64,000 bases of DNA, from NCBI GenBank assembly GCA_963758635.1, contig CAVWWD010000005.1:192001-256000 (forward strand). Direction: 5' to 3'. This stretch comes from an uncultured Candidatus Rokubacteria bacterium (GTDB lineage: Bacteria > Methylomirabilota > Methylomirabilia > Rokubacteriales > CSP1-6). Position numbers and translations under genes: made by a program. A model generated the notes under the pieces. That model was not told the origin of the DNA, ran no database searches, and was given only the letters and a program-made list of their open reading frames with translations. Below are positions 31,251 through 41,233 of this stretch, one piece after another; within the stretch, counting starts at the first letter, position 1; every line of letters begins with the position of its first letter.

Positions 31251-32600
31251 ATGATCCGCCCGATCATCGCCATCGTCGGCCGGCCCAACGTCGGCAAGTC
31301 CACACTGTTCAACCGGCTCGTGGGCCGCCGCCAGGCCCTCGTGCGCGACGTGCCCGGCGTGACGCGCGACCGCATCTACGGCACCGTCGCCTTCGAGCGC
31401 TGGCAGGCCACGGTGGTGGACACGGGCGGCTTCGAGCCCATACCCACCTCGGACGTGATGGCCGCGGTGCGCGGCCAGGTCTTCCACGCCATCGAGGAGG
31501 CCGACCTGATCGTGCTGGTGGTGGACGCGCGCGAGGGCGTGACCCCGGTGGAGGCGGAGATCGCCGCCATCCTCCGCAAGAGCCGGTGCCCGGTGCTGGT
31601 GGCCGCCAACAAGGTGGACGGCGCCGCCCAGGAGGCCGGGCTCGGCGAGTGCTATCGCCTCGGGTTCACCCCGGTGCTGCCCGTCTCCGCCGAGCACGGG
31701 CGTGGCGTCGCCGAGCTCCTCGAGGCGGTGCGCGAGCGGGCGCCGGCGCCCGTGATCGAGCCTGCGCCCCACGGCACCCGCGTCGCCATCGTCGGGCGGC
31801 CGAACGTCGGCAAGTCGTCCCTCGTCAACGCCGTGCTCGGCCACGACCGCGTGCTCGTGCACGAGGCGCCGGGAACGACGCGGGACGCGATCGACACGCC
31901 GCTCGTGTTCCGCGACCGGTCGTACGTCCTGATCGACACCGCGGGCATCCGCCGCAAGGGCCGCGTCTCCGAGGCGCTCGAGAAGCTCTCCGTGGTCATG
32001 GCGCTCAAGAGCCTGGAACGATGCCAGGTGGCGGTGCTCGTGGTCGACGCCTCCGAGGGCGTGACCGCCCAGGACGCGCACATCGCCGGCTACGCCAACG
32101 AGGCGGGACGCGCGATGGTGGTGGCCGTCAACAAGTGGGACCTCGTCCCCCCCGCGTCGGTACGCAAGGCGGACGTCGTCGGGCAGATCTACGACCGGCT
32201 GCCGTTCCTGGACTACGCGCCGGTCACCTTCACGTCCGCGCTGAAGAACCGGGGGCTGGGCGAGCTGTTCGACGAGATCGACAAGGTCGCCGCCGAGGCC
32301 CAGCGTCGCGTCCAGCCCGGCGCGCTCCTCACGCTGTTCCGCCAGGCGGTCGAGCGGCGTCCCATGTCCTCGGGCGGTGTTGCGCTGCGCATCCACTCGG
32401 TGCAGCAGGTCGCGGTGTCGCCGCCCACGTTCGCGCTCCGCGTGAACCTGCCCGACAAGATCCACTTCTCCTACGAGCGCTACCTCGTGAACTCGCTGCG
32501 GCACGGCGAGGGGTTCGCGGGATCGCCGGTGCGCCTGCTCTTCCGGAAGGCGGGCGTGCGGCCCGCGCCGGGTCGGCCCCTGGGCCGCGCGAGGCGCTGA
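31251..32600 (+). CDS. der: Ribosome biogenesis GTPase Der
   Basis: Two tandem G-domains GRPNVGKS..TRD..DT.G. Confidence 0.95.
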   Translation: MIRPIIAIVGRPNVGKSTLFNRLVGRRQALVRDVPGVTRDRIYGTVAFERWQATVVDTGGFEPIPTSDVMAAVRGQVFHAIEEADLIVLVVDAREGVTPVEAEIAAILRKSRCPVLVAANKVDGAAQEAGLGECYRLGFTPVLPVSAEHGRGVAELLEAVRERAPAPVIEPAPHGTRVAIVGRPNVGKSSLVNAVLGHDRVLVHEAPGTTRDAIDTPLVFRDRSYVLIDTAGIRRKGRVSEALEKLSVVMALKSLERCQVAVLVVDASEGVTAQDAHIAGYANEAGRAMVVAVNKWDLVPPASVRKADVVGQIYDRLPFLDYAPVTFTSALKNRGLGELFDEIDKVAAEAQRRVQPGALLTLFRQAVERRPMSSGGVALRIHSVQQVAVSPPTFALRVNLPDKIHFSYERYLVNSLRHGEGFAGSPVRLLFRKAGVRPAPGRPLGRARR

Positions 32601-32761
32601 TGACCCTCGCAGAATACGGTAACCGCCACAGGCCTCTACAGTCCCACCGCGCGGCATTCGTCTGATGCGCGAGGCTCACTAATGACGCTCGCAGAATACG
32701 GTAACCGCCACGGGCCTCTACAATCCCACCGCTCGGCATTAGTCTGATGCGCGGGGCTCGA
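32600..32761 (-). repeat. Repeat family 1, copies 2 and 3 in tandem (32600-32679, 32682-32761) separated by TA
   Basis: Two 80-bp units, reverse complement of copy 1. Confidence 0.88.
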
Positions 32762-32776
32762 TAGCGAGCGCGACGG

Positions 32777-33702
32777 GTGCGCCGGCTCGGCTTCGCTCTC
32801 CTCGGCGGCGCGCTCCTCTGGTCCGGCATCGCCCACGTCGGGCCGCCGGCCCCCACCTCCGCGCAGCCGCAGACGCCGGCGCGGCCCCTCTCCGGCGGCC
32901 GAGCGCCCGCGCCCTGCGCCGACGCCCCCGTCTCCGCCTGGCTCGGCGGCCAATACCGCCGGAGCGCGCGAGGCGCCGACGATCGACGACGCGCGGGGTG
33001 ATGCCGAGCGGCAACGCCACGGCGCGCCGATCGTCGTGCCGCGCGGAGGGCCCGGGCCCACCGTTGCCATCCCGCTGGGCGACGGCGTCGTGGCCGGCCG
33101 CCTCGGGGCGGGGGAGCTGCCGCCGGCGTGGAGCCTCAAGCGCTTCGCCGGACGCGCCGCAGTTCGAGCTGGCGCGCGACGACGGGCGGTCTGCTTTCCG
33201 CCTCGCCAGCCACGCCTCGTCCTTCGCGCTCCATCGCGACGTGGTCGTGGACCTCGCGCAGTTCCCGGTGCTGACGTGGTCCTGGAAGGTCGTGCGCCTC
33301 CCCGCGCGCGCAGACGTGCGGGACCCGCGGGCCGACGATCAGGCCGCGCAGGTGTACCTCGTGTTCCCGCGCTCGCCGTCGGCGCGAGCGGCGAGCGATG
33401 TGCTGGGCTACGTGTGGGACACGCGCGCGCCGGTGGGCGTGCGCTCCACGCACCACCAGTGGCAGAACGTGCGCGTGATCGTGATCGAGAGCGGCGAGGC
33501 CCGCGCGGGCCAGTGGGTGCGCGAGGAGCGCAACGTGCGCGACGACTACCAGGCGCTCTTCGGGCGCCCCGCGCCCACCCTCGGCCGCGTCGCGGTCATG
33601 ACCGACTCGGACCACACGGGCGGGCAGACCGAGGCCTGGTTCGCCGACATCGCGCTCCAGCGGACCGGGGTGTCGGGCCCGACGCCGACCGGACGGAACT
33701 GA
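32777..33702 (+). CDS. DUF3047 family exported protein, frameshifted (~33162 and probably earlier)
   Basis: Signal-peptide-like start; LTWSWKV..LP, DD.AAQVY..F, YVWD, W..E.RN...DY..LFG, MTDSD.T. Confidence 0.65.
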
Positions 33703-33779
33703 ATACTTTGGGGCTCGAAAATCGCTATGCTAAGCTGGCGCCGGAGTTGACAAATCTCCTCACAAGGGGAGGCGCCGAC

Positions 33780-34824
33780 ATGGGTCCCGAAGACTACCTG
33801 GACGACGAAGAGGAACAGCGCTGGTCCTTCCGATCGATCCTCGCCTCCGGCTGGTTCCGCGCCGGGCTGCTCCTTGGCGGGATCGTCATCGCGCTCGTCC
33901 TGACATTGCCCTACGCGCTCAAGTGGATGTCCCCATCGGACACCCGCTCCGCCCCGCAGACGCGACGCGTGGTGGAGCCGCCGCGCCCCGCGCCGTCCAC
34001 CATGACCGCGCCGCCCGCGCCCAGCGTGGCCACCGCAGGCGCGCCGGTGGTCGCGGGAACGGACCGGCCGGCCGCCGCCGACAAGCCGGCGCCGGTGGCG
34101 GAGCGGAGCACGCCTTCGACTGACCGCATCGTGCCCGTGGCGGACAAGCCCACCACCGCTGACACGCCCGCCTCGGCGACGGACAAGGCGGCCCCCGCCG
34201 ACAAGACCGCGCGGGCCCTCGACAAGACCGCGGCGCCTCGCGAGACGGCGGCGCCGGCCGCGGCCAGGACGCCGCCCGTGACGGCCGCGCGCCGAGCCGG
34301 CGACGCCGGCCGAGAAGCCGGTCTCCACCGTGAAGACCGCCGTGTCACGTCCGTCGAGCGGCGGCGATTTCTGGGTGCAGGTCGGCGCCTTCCAGGACGC
34401 GGACAATGCCCAGCGCCTGCAGAAGACGCTGCGCGGGTCCGGTATGCCGGTGGCGGTCACGCCCGTCGCGCGCGAGGCGCCCGCGCCCTCGTACCAGCAC
34501 GAGGTGTTCGTGACCGGGGCCACGCCGGAGACGGTGAACGCGGCGCTGCGTGGCCGCGGCACGGCGCGCGCCGTGCGGGGCGGCGTGGCGGTGCAGCCGG
34601 CGCTCGAGCTGAAGGACGCGGTGGCGGTGTCGAAGCGTCTGACCGCGGACGGGCTCGCCGTGAAGATCCGCCGCGTGGGCGGCGACGCCGCCCACGCCGA
34701 CCGCGGGCCCCAGCACGTGGTGCGCGTGGGCCCCTACGCCTCCCGCAGCGAGGCCACGGAGGTGCGACGCGACCTCGTCGGCAAGGGGCTCGCGGGCTTC
34801 GTGGCGCAGGGCCCGGCGCGGTGA
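33780..34824 (+). CDS. Membrane-anchored SPOR domain protein, frameshift near 34290
   Basis: TM helix, Pro/Ala/Thr linker, FWVQVGAF..NA and VRVGPY.SR.EA SPOR motifs. Confidence 0.7.
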
Positions 34825-34864
34825 CGACGACGGACGAGGCCGTCTACACTACTCCCGAGAGGAG

Positions 34865-35149
34865 GTGAAGGCCCTGACCAAGAACGACCTGATCAATGCC
34901 GTGGCCGCCCATGGTCTGTCCAAGCGGCAGTCCGCCTCGGTGGTGGAGTCGCTGTTCGACATCATCTTCAACTGCTTCGAGCGCGGCGAGGACGTCAAGA
35001 TCGTGGGCTTCGGGCACTTCCGCATCCGGCAGAAGGCGTCACGGCGGGGACGCAACCCCCAGACCGGCGACAGCATCGAGATCACGGCGCGAAAGGTGTT
35101 GACGTTCAAGCCGAGCAAGGGGCTCAAGCTCCGGCTCAACCAGCCGTGA
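34865..35149 (+). CDS. ihfA: Integration host factor subunit alpha
   Basis: LTK.DL, VKI.GFG.F, GRNPQTG..IEI.AR.V.TFKPS; ihfA-MerR-tRNA-Pro synteny. Confidence 0.85.
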   Translation: MKALTKNDLINAVAAHGLSKRQSASVVESLFDIIFNCFERGEDVKIVGFGHFRIRQKASRRGRNPQTGDSIEITARKVLTFKPSKGLKLRLNQP

Positions 35150-35185
35150 GCGGTAGGGCCGTTGTCCCGCCCGGCGCGGAGCGCG

Positions 35186-35551
35186 ATGAGCGAGCCGGCG
35201 ATCCCTGACAAGCTCTACTACCGGATCGGCGAGGTCGAGGCGATCACCGATGTGCCCGCCTACGTGCTTCGCTACTGGGAGTCGGAGTTCAAGCTCCTCC
35301 GCCCGAAGAAGAACCCGGCGGGCCAGCGCCTGTACCGCCGGCGCGACCTCGACCTCGTCCTGCGCATCAAGGCGCTGCTCTACGACGAGCGGCTCACCCT
35401 CGAAGGCGCGAAGAAGCGCCTCCTCGCCGAGGCGCGGGGCGCCAGCCAGATGGACCTGGGGCTCCGCGGGGCCGTCCTCGAGGAGACGCTCCGGCGTCTC
35501 CGGACGCGCCTGCAGGCCCTCCGCGACCGCCTCGCGCACACGCGAAAGTGA
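35186..35551 (+). CDS. MerR family HTH regulator
   Basis: [23 protein letters not shown]. Confidence 0.88.
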   Translation: MSEPAIPDKLYYRIGEVEAITDVPAYVLRYWESEFKLLRPKKNPAGQRLYRRRDLDLVLRIKALLYDERLTLEGAKKRLLAEARGASQMDLGLRGAVLEETLRRLRTRLQALRDRLAHTRK

Positions 35552-35561
35552 CGCTCTCGCC

Positions 35562-35590
35562 TTGAGTTTCCGGGGGGCGGTCCGTACAAT
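35562..35590 (+). promoter_or_regulatory. Sigma70 promoter of tRNA-Pro(GGG)
   Basis: TTGAGT-17 bp-TACAAT. Confidence 0.65.
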
Positions 35591-35601
35591 GCGGAACGGG
35601 T

Positions 35602-35678
<77 letters not shown>

Positions 35679-35693
35679 AATTCCGGGAGCACC

Positions 35694-35726
35694 AGCGGCA
35701 GATTCTCGGATCTGCGCTTTTTGTTT
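35694..35726 (+). terminator. Rho-independent terminator after tRNA-Pro
   Basis: AGCG-GCAGAT/ATCTGC-GCT hairpin followed by TTTTTGTTT. Confidence 0.65.
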
Positions 35727-35740
35727 CGGACGATGAACGC

Positions 35741-36511
35741 ATGGGCGGCGTGATCCTCGTCACCAACGACGACGGCGTCCACGCCGCCGGTCTCGCGGCG
35801 CTGGCGCGGGCGCTCGACGACCTCGGCGAGGTATACGTGGTCGCCCCCGATCGGGAGCAGAGCGCGGTCGGGCACGCGCTCACGCTGCACCGCCCGCTCC
35901 GCGCCGAGCCGGTGGGCGAGAGGTGGTTCGCGGTCAACGGCACCCCCTCGGACTGCGTGAACCTCGGCGTGCTGGGCTTGCTGCCGGAGCGGCCGGTGCT
36001 GGTGGCGTCGGGCGTGAACCACGGCGCCAACCTCGGCGACGACGTGACGTACTCCGGCACCGTCTCGGCGGCGATGGAGGGCACGCTGCTCGGGGTGGTG
36101 TCCATGGCGGTCTCGCAGGTCGAGCCCGACGGCTCGGGCTTCGAGGCGGCGGGACAGGTGGCGCGGGCGGTGGCGGCCCGGCTCCTCGTCGAGGGGCTGC
36201 CGCCGAAGACGTTGATCAACGTCAACGTGCCGCGTGAAGCGCCGAAGGGCGTACGGATGGCGCGTCTCGGCCATCGGGTCTACAGCGGCAAGGCGATCCG
36301 CGAGACTGACCCGCGGGGCCGTGCGTACTACTGGATCGGGACGGGATCGCCGGTGTGGAACGACGACGAGGCGTCCGACATCGCCGCCGTCCACCGCGGG
36401 TTCGCGTCGGTGACACCGCTGCACCTGGACCTGACGCACCACGGCGCGCTGGCGCGGATGTCGGCGTGGGAGGGCGGGCTCAACGCCATCCTCCGGAAGC
36501 GGGGCGCGTGA
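35741..36511 (+). CDS. surE: 5'/3'-nucleotidase SurE
   Basis: [30 protein letters not shown]. Confidence 0.95.
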   Translation: MGGVILVTNDDGVHAAGLAALARALDDLGEVYVVAPDREQSAVGHALTLHRPLRAEPVGERWFAVNGTPSDCVNLGVLGLLPERPVLVASGVNHGANLGDDVTYSGTVSAAMEGTLLGVVSMAVSQVEPDGSGFEAAGQVARAVAARLLVEGLPPKTLINVNVPREAPKGVRMARLGHRVYSGKAIRETDPRGRAYYWIGTGSPVWNDDEASDIAAVHRGFASVTPLHLDLTHHGALARMSAWEGGLNAILRKRGA

Positions 36512-37176
36512 TTCGCTCCCCGGAGGCGGGCGGGAGCCGGTACGGCCGGGAACGCGAGCGGATGGTGCAGGAGCAGCTCGTGGCCCGCGGGGTGACGGAC
36601 CGCCGGGTGCTGGAGGCGATGCGGCGTGTGCCGCGGCACCTGTTCGTGGACGCGGCGCTCCGCGAGCAGGCGTACGGCGACCATCCGTTGCCGATCGGGG
36701 AAGGGCAGACGATCTCCCAGCCCTTCATCGTGGGCCGGATGAGCGAGCTGCTCGGCTTCGCGGGCACCGAGAAGGCGCTGGAGATCGGCAGCGGCTGCGG
36801 ATACCAGGCCGCGGTGCTGGGCGAGCTCGCCGCGCGCGTGTGCACGGTGGAGCGGCTGCCCCGCCTCGCGGTGCGCGCGCGCCAGACGCTCGGCGCGCTG
36901 GGCTACCGGAACGTGTGGGTGCGGACGGCCAACGGCACGTTCGGCTGGCCCGACGAGGCGCCGTTCGACCGCATCCTGGTCGCGGCGGGCGGGCCGACGG
37001 TGCCGCCGCCCTTGTTCGAGCAGCTCGCCGAGGGCGGGCGCATGGTGATGCCCGTCGGCACCGCGGATGGACAGAAGCTGTCGGTGATCGAGAAGGTCCG
37101 CGGCGAGATGCGGGTGACGGACGGCGGGGGATGCATGTTCGTCAAGCTCATCGGAAAATACGCGTGGCAGAGCTGA
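36508..37176 (+). CDS. pcm: Protein-L-isoaspartate O-methyltransferase
   Basis: VPRHLFV, LPIGEGQTISQP, LEIGSG.GYQAA. Confidence 0.93.
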   Translation: MIRSPEAGGSRYGRERERMVQEQLVARGVTDRRVLEAMRRVPRHLFVDAALREQAYGDHPLPIGEGQTISQPFIVGRMSELLGFAGTEKALEIGSGCGYQAAVLGELAARVCTVERLPRLAVRARQTLGALGYRNVWVRTANGTFGWPDEAPFDRILVAAGGPTVPPPLFEQLAEGGRMVMPVGTADGQKLSVIEKVRGEMRVTDGGGCMFVKLIGKYAWQS

Positions 37177-37207
37177 TCGGGGAGACCCGGGCGCTGCCGC
37201 GCGAGGT

Positions 37208-37284
37208 CGGGGCGTAGCGCAGCTTGGTAGCGCGCCTGCTTCGGGAGCAGGAGGTCGCTGGTTCAAATCCAGTCGCCCCGACCA
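37208..37284 (+). tRNA. tRNA-Pro (CGG)
   Basis: Anticodon arm CCTGC-TTCGGGA-GCAGG, T-loop, CCA end. Confidence 0.95.
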
Positions 37285-37300
37285 ACTTTCCCCTTCCTCC

Positions 37301-37630
37301 GTGCCGGCTCCCGACGGCGCCGCCGCAGTGACCGTGACGAGCCGCGCCGCCGCCGAGATCGTGGTTGAGGGACGGGTGCAGGGTGTCGGCTACCGGAACT
37401 ACGTCGAGCGCAAGGCCACGCAGCTCGGGCTCGCGGGGTACGTCATGAACCTCAAGGACGGCCGTGTCCGCGTGCGCGTCGAGGGCGCGCGCGACGTGAT
37501 CGACGAGCTCGTTCGCGACCTCGGCAAGGGCCCGCCGCTGGCCCGCGTGGAGCAGGTCTCGGTCACGTGGCGGCCGACGACGGGCCGCTTCGGCGCCTTC
37601 GGCATCCGCTACGCGGAGTTCGATTCGTGA
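37301..37630 (+). CDS. acyP: Acylphosphatase (start may be ~37328-37334)
   Basis: V.GRVQGVGYR, G.V.N..DGRV, GPPLARV. Confidence 0.88.
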   Translation: MPAPDGAAAVTVTSRAAAEIVVEGRVQGVGYRNYVERKATQLGLAGYVMNLKDGRVRVRVEGARDVIDELVRDLGKGPPLARVEQVSVTWRPTTGRFGAFGIRYAEFDS

Positions 37631-38646
37631 TCGGGACGGGAGCGCGGCTGCGCGTGATCGGCGCAGGCCTGCTGCTCCCCGCGGCGCTCGTCGTATCGCC
37701 CGGCACCGCGCCCGCGGCGCCGGAGTCCGGCCCGCCCACCGCCTCCAGGACCGCCGCGCCGGGGAAGACGACCCCGTCGGCTCCCGCCAAGCCGGCGAAG
37801 ACATCGAAGACGAAAACAGCGAAATCCCCTCCGGCGAAGACCACCCGACCCGCGGCGAAGACCACGCGACCTCCCGCCAAGGCCATCCGACCCGCGGCCG
37901 AGACCACCGCGCGCTCCGCCGAGGTGTGCGCGCACACCGTCCGCTCGGGCGACACGGTGGCGCGGGTCGCGAGCCGCCACGGCGTGAGCCGGCAGGACCT
38001 GGTCGCGGCCAATCACCTGGGGCGGAGCGCGACGCTCCGCGTCGGGCAGCGCCTCGAGCTGCCGGGATGCTCGAGGAGCGTGGCGCCGCGGGACCGCATC
38101 GTGTCCCTCGAGATCGCGCGGCCCGAGGCGGACCTGCTGCTCGCCCGCGTGGGACCGGCCCGCGTGCCCACGTGGCTCTTCCTCGGCGTCCCGCAGGTCG
38201 GCGCGCACACGGTGGACTTTGCCTGGCCGGTGGTCGGGTCCGTGGCCTCGCCGTTCGGCCGGCGGCGGAGCGGCTGGCACGCCGGCCTGGACATCAAGGC
38301 GGACATGGGCACGCCGATCGTGGCCGCCGCCGCGGGCCGCGTGATCTTCAGCGGGTGGGCCCGGTCCTACGGCCGGCTCGTGAGGATCGAGCACGCCAAC
38401 AGCTTCGTCACCGTCTATGCGCACAACCAGGAGAACCTCGTCGCGGTCGGCGATCAGGTCGAGGCCGGCGTCGTCATCGCCACCGTGGGCCGCTCGGGAC
38501 GCAGCAGCGCCGCCCACCTGCACTTCGAGATCCGGCACGGCGACATGGTCTACGACCCCTCGCTCTTCCTCCCCGACGGCACGATGATGCTCGCGCGGAG
38601 CGACGAGCCCACGGAGGCCGTGGCCGACGAGGACGAGGATGAATGA
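37627..38646 (+). CDS. LysM + M23 peptidase (NlpD-like)
   Basis: Lys[10 protein letters not shown]23 H.GLDI, YAH, HLHFEIR; upstream of the RpoS-like gene. Confidence 0.8.
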   Translation: MIGTGARLRVIGAGLLLPAALVVSPGTAPAAPESGPPTASRTAAPGKTTPSAPAKPAKTSKTKTAKSPPAKTTRPAAKTTRPPAKAIRPAAETTARSAEVCAHTVRSGDTVARVASRHGVSRQDLVAANHLGRSATLRVGQRLELPGCSRSVAPRDRIVSLEIARPEADLLLARVGPARVPTWLFLGVPQVGAHTVDFAWPVVGSVASPFGRRRSGWHAGLDIKADMGTPIVAAAAGRVIFSGWARSYGRLVRIEHANSFVTVYAHNQENLVAVGDQVEAGVVIATVGRSGRSSAAHLHFEIRHGDMVYDPSLFLPDGTMMLARSDEPTEAVADEDEDE

Positions 38647-39583
38647 GGTCGAGACCTCGGGGCCGCTCGACGGGCCCGAGGAGCCGATCGAGACCCTCCT
38701 CGCCGAGGGCGCGCCGGAGCTGGCCGACGCCACCGCGCCGGAGGCCGCGCAGCGGACGCGCGCCCTGGTCGGTCTCTACCTGGAGGACATCGGACGCTTC
38801 AAGCTCCTCACCGGCGACGAGGAGCAGGAGCTGGGCCGGCGCGTCCAGGCCGGTGACGCCGAGGCCGAGAGCCGGCTCGTCGAGGCGAACCTGCGCCTCG
38901 TCGTGCGCATCGCGCGGCGGTACACGAACCGGGGCCTGAGCCTCCTCGACCTGATCGAGGAGGGCAACGTGGGCCTGCTCCACGCCGCGCGGAAGTTCCG
39001 GCCCGACCGCGGGGCGCGCTTCGCCACCTACGCGACGTGGTGGATCCGGCAGGCCATCGTGCGCGCGCTGGCCAACCAGGCCCGCACGATCCGGCTCCCC
39101 GTGCACGTGGGGCTGCTCCTCACCCAGTATGCGAAGGCGCGCACGGCGCTCACGCAGGAGCTGGGACGGCCCCCCGAGCTGGCCGAGGTCGCCCAGCGCA
39201 TGGGACGCACGATCGAGGAGATCGAGGACCTGGAGGCGGTGCGGCAGCAGCCGCTCTCGCTCGATGCGCCAGCGGGGCAGGAGGGCAAGGGCAGCCTGCA
39301 GGACGTGCTGCAGGATCCCTCCGGGCCGGCCGAGCCCGCGCTCGCCGCCGCGATGCGGCGTCGCGGCGATCTTGCCAGCGTCCTGCAGGACCTGCCGGAC
39401 AACGAGCGGACGGTCGTCACGCTGCGCTTCGGTCTGGGCGGCGAGACCCCCATGACCCTCGAGACCATCGGCCACCGGCTCGGCGTGAGCCGGGAGCGGA
39501 TCCGGCAGATCGAGGCCGCAGCGCTGCGCCGGCTCGCGAGCCTCTTCGCTGCCCGCGGGATCGACGCCTCCGATCTGATGTGA
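38639..39583 (+). CDS. rpoS: RpoS-like sigma-70 family factor
   Basis: [48 protein letters not shown]; surE-pcm-nlpD-rpoS synteny. Confidence 0.75.
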   Translation: MNEVETSGPLDGPEEPIETLLAEGAPELADATAPEAAQRTRALVGLYLEDIGRFKLLTGDEEQELGRRVQAGDAEAESRLVEANLRLVVRIARRYTNRGLSLLDLIEEGNVGLLHAARKFRPDRGARFATYATWWIRQAIVRALANQARTIRLPVHVGLLLTQYAKARTALTQELGRPPELAEVAQRMGRTIEEIEDLEAVRQQPLSLDAPAGQEGKGSLQDVLQDPSGPAEPALAAAMRRRGDLASVLQDLPDNERTVVTLRFGLGGETPMTLETIGHRLGVSRERIRQIEAAALRRLASLFAARGIDASDLM

Positions 39584-39704
39584 GCCTGCCGTCCCGTCTT
39601 TCCCTCCCGGGACTGCTCACAAACGGAACCTGCGTTCCCACTGGGCGTCATTCCCGCGGGGGCCGGTGCCGCGCAAAGCCGCGATCGTACAACCCTGAAT
39701 CGAC

Positions 39705-39720
39705 TGGTTCGCCTCTTGCT
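39705..39720 (+). promoter_or_regulatory. Putative sigma54 (-24/-12) promoter of gene A
   Basis: TGGTTCGCCTCTTGCT = GG-N10-GC. Confidence 0.55.
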
Positions 39721-39782
39721 CTTCCCGACCCTTCGGAAGCGTGGCCCGGCGGCGGAGCGGCGAAGCTTCCCAGGGAGGCGAC

Positions 39783-40100
39783 ATGAAGACTCGACAGGCC
39801 GTGCCGGCGGACCCGTACACGATCGAGGCGGTCAAGGCGTATCTGGGCCGCGCGTTTCCCCATTGCCGGATCGAGGCGTTCTGGACCGCCGACCCGATCG
39901 AGTACACGTTCGTCGCCTACGACCTCCGCAACCGTCCCACCTGCAACGTGATCATCGAGCGGGAGCTCTTCGAGACCTACGGGCCCGGCAGCCTGCCCGA
40001 GACGCTCGACGAGCTCGGCCTCGCCGACAGCCTGCGCGACCGCGCCGCGTCGCAGGTGCGCGTGACCAAGCGCGGGGAGGTCGCCTACCACAGCGTCTGA
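39783..40100 (+). CDS. Hypothetical protein (domain A), homologous to the C-terminal half of 42863-43408
   Basis: GGGAGG SD; ungapped alignment to the paralog. Confidence 0.75.
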   Translation: MKTRQAVPADPYTIEAVKAYLGRAFPHCRIEAFWTADPIEYTFVAYDLRNRPTCNVIIERELFETYGPGSLPETLDELGLADSLRDRAASQVRVTKRGEVAYHSV

Positions 40101-40356
40101 CCGCGCGGCGCGCGGAGCATCGCCGCCCGCGCTTCCCTTGCAATCGTCCGCGGCTCGCGGCACCCTCGGGGCAGGTGCTCCGAGCGGCGACGATGCCCTG
40201 GCCGACCGAGATCCTCGCTTGGTGGCGCAATGCGTTCCAGGTGGCGGCCTGGGTTTTCGCCATCAGGCAAAACGTGTCGGTAAACTTTACATAGATCCCA
40301 TATGGAAGATTTGGGTATAACTCACAACCTGCGTGATTTCATGGCTTTTACCGGCG

Positions 40357-40373
40357 TTGGTCGGGATCTTGCT
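40357..40373 (+). promoter_or_regulatory. Putative sigma54 promoter of gene B
   Basis: TTGGTCGGGATCTTGCT = GG-N10-GC, preceded by an AT-rich tract. Confidence 0.55.
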
Positions 40374-40484
40374 CGATATGCTTGGGGCGAGTTTTACGAG
40401 GGGGGTTACGCTGTGCTGGAGCGCAGATCCCGTGAGAGCGTCGGGCCCGAAACGCCGACCCATGACGCGCCCGGAGGACGGCCC

Positions 40485-40727
40485 TTGGATCCTTTGCTGT
40501 TCATCGTGAGCCGCGATCAGCGGGACCTGCACGACTACCTGACGAAGGAGTTCCGTCGGGACGAGCAGATCCAGATCATCCTCGATCGCCGTCTCGCCGA
40601 GCGGCGCCGACGGGCCGAGCCCAAGCCGCGCGATCAGCGGCTGGCCCCGCGGCGTCGTTCCGTGGCCGTCCAAGAGCAGGTGAAGTCGGTCGGGTTCGCG
40701 GTCGTCCGGCGCGCGTCCGACAACTGA
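40485..40727 (+). CDS. Small Arg-rich DRR/ERR-motif protein (domain B)
   Basis: GGAGGA SD then TTG; MDPLLFIVSRDQ matches the N-terminus of 42863-43408. Confidence 0.75.
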   Translation: MDPLLFIVSRDQRDLHDYLTKEFRRDEQIQIILDRRLAERRRRAEPKPRDQRLAPRRRSVAVQEQVKSVGFAVVRRASDN

Positions 40728-40751
40728 GCGTCGTCCCCGCCCTCCGTCGCT

Positions 40752-40831
40752 CGTACCCTCGCGGAATACGGTACCCGCCACGGGCCTCTACAGTCCCACC
40801 GCTCGGCAATAATCTGCTGCGCGGGGCTCGC
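40752..40831 (-). repeat. Repeat family 1, copy 4
   Basis: 80-bp diverged copy between convergent genes, followed by TA of the cupin gene stop. Confidence 0.8.
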
Positions 40832-41181
40832 TAATCGCACCGCTTCAGGTTCAGCGTCCAGACCTTCACCGCTCGACCGCTCTCGTTGCGCGCATCGTGC
40901 CCGGTGACGGGCGGCAGGAACACGACCCGGCCCGCGGGCAGCCGCTCCTTTCCGGCGCGCGTCACCAGCGTGAGCTCGCCCTCCACGACGATGCCGAGCT
41001 CGGGCTCGGCGTTGAGGTGAATCCCCGAGGACGCGCCCGCGGGGATCGTGAGGAGCGCGACCCGCACGGAGTCGTTGTCGAGGGCCACCTCCTCGACGAG
41101 CCCGCCGCTCTGCGCGGACAGGCCGGGCCCCGATACGAGCGCGATGCATGCGGCGACGGCGGCGACGACGACACGTCTCAT
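40831..41181 (-). CDS. Exported cupin-fold protein
   Basis: Signal peptide; G.H....E..IVVEG, G.V.F.P....H..RN. Confidence 0.7.
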   Translation of the reverse strand: MRRVVVAAVAACIALVSGPGLSAQSGGLVEEVALDNDSVRVALLTIPAGASSGIHLNAEPELGIVVEGELTLVTRAGKERLPAGRVVFLPPVTGHDARNESGRAVKVWTLNLKRCD

Positions 41182-41233
41182 CGTGGGCTCCTCTCGAAGG
41201 GGGCGGTAGGCCCGGCGACGCCGGGCGAGTGGG

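Noticed and set aside
32600..32761. Tandem 80-bp repeats (and those at 26843-27000) as a CRISPR array
   Set aside because: Units are too long, only two in tandem, with no unique spacers and no cas genes.
37780..37910. AKTTRP-type repeats in the NlpD-like gene as a special element
   Set aside because: Ordinary low-complexity coding linker.
39640..39715. c-di-GMP-I riboswitch suggested by CGCAAAGCC
   Set aside because: No upstream GGCAAA/GNRA hairpin or tetraloop receptor visible; the segment lies upstream of the putative promoter. An Rfam scan would settle it.
40302..40484. Longer N-terminus for gene B from the ORF track
   Set aside because: Homology to the paralog starts at TTG 40485 with a good SD, and the extension covers the promoter region.
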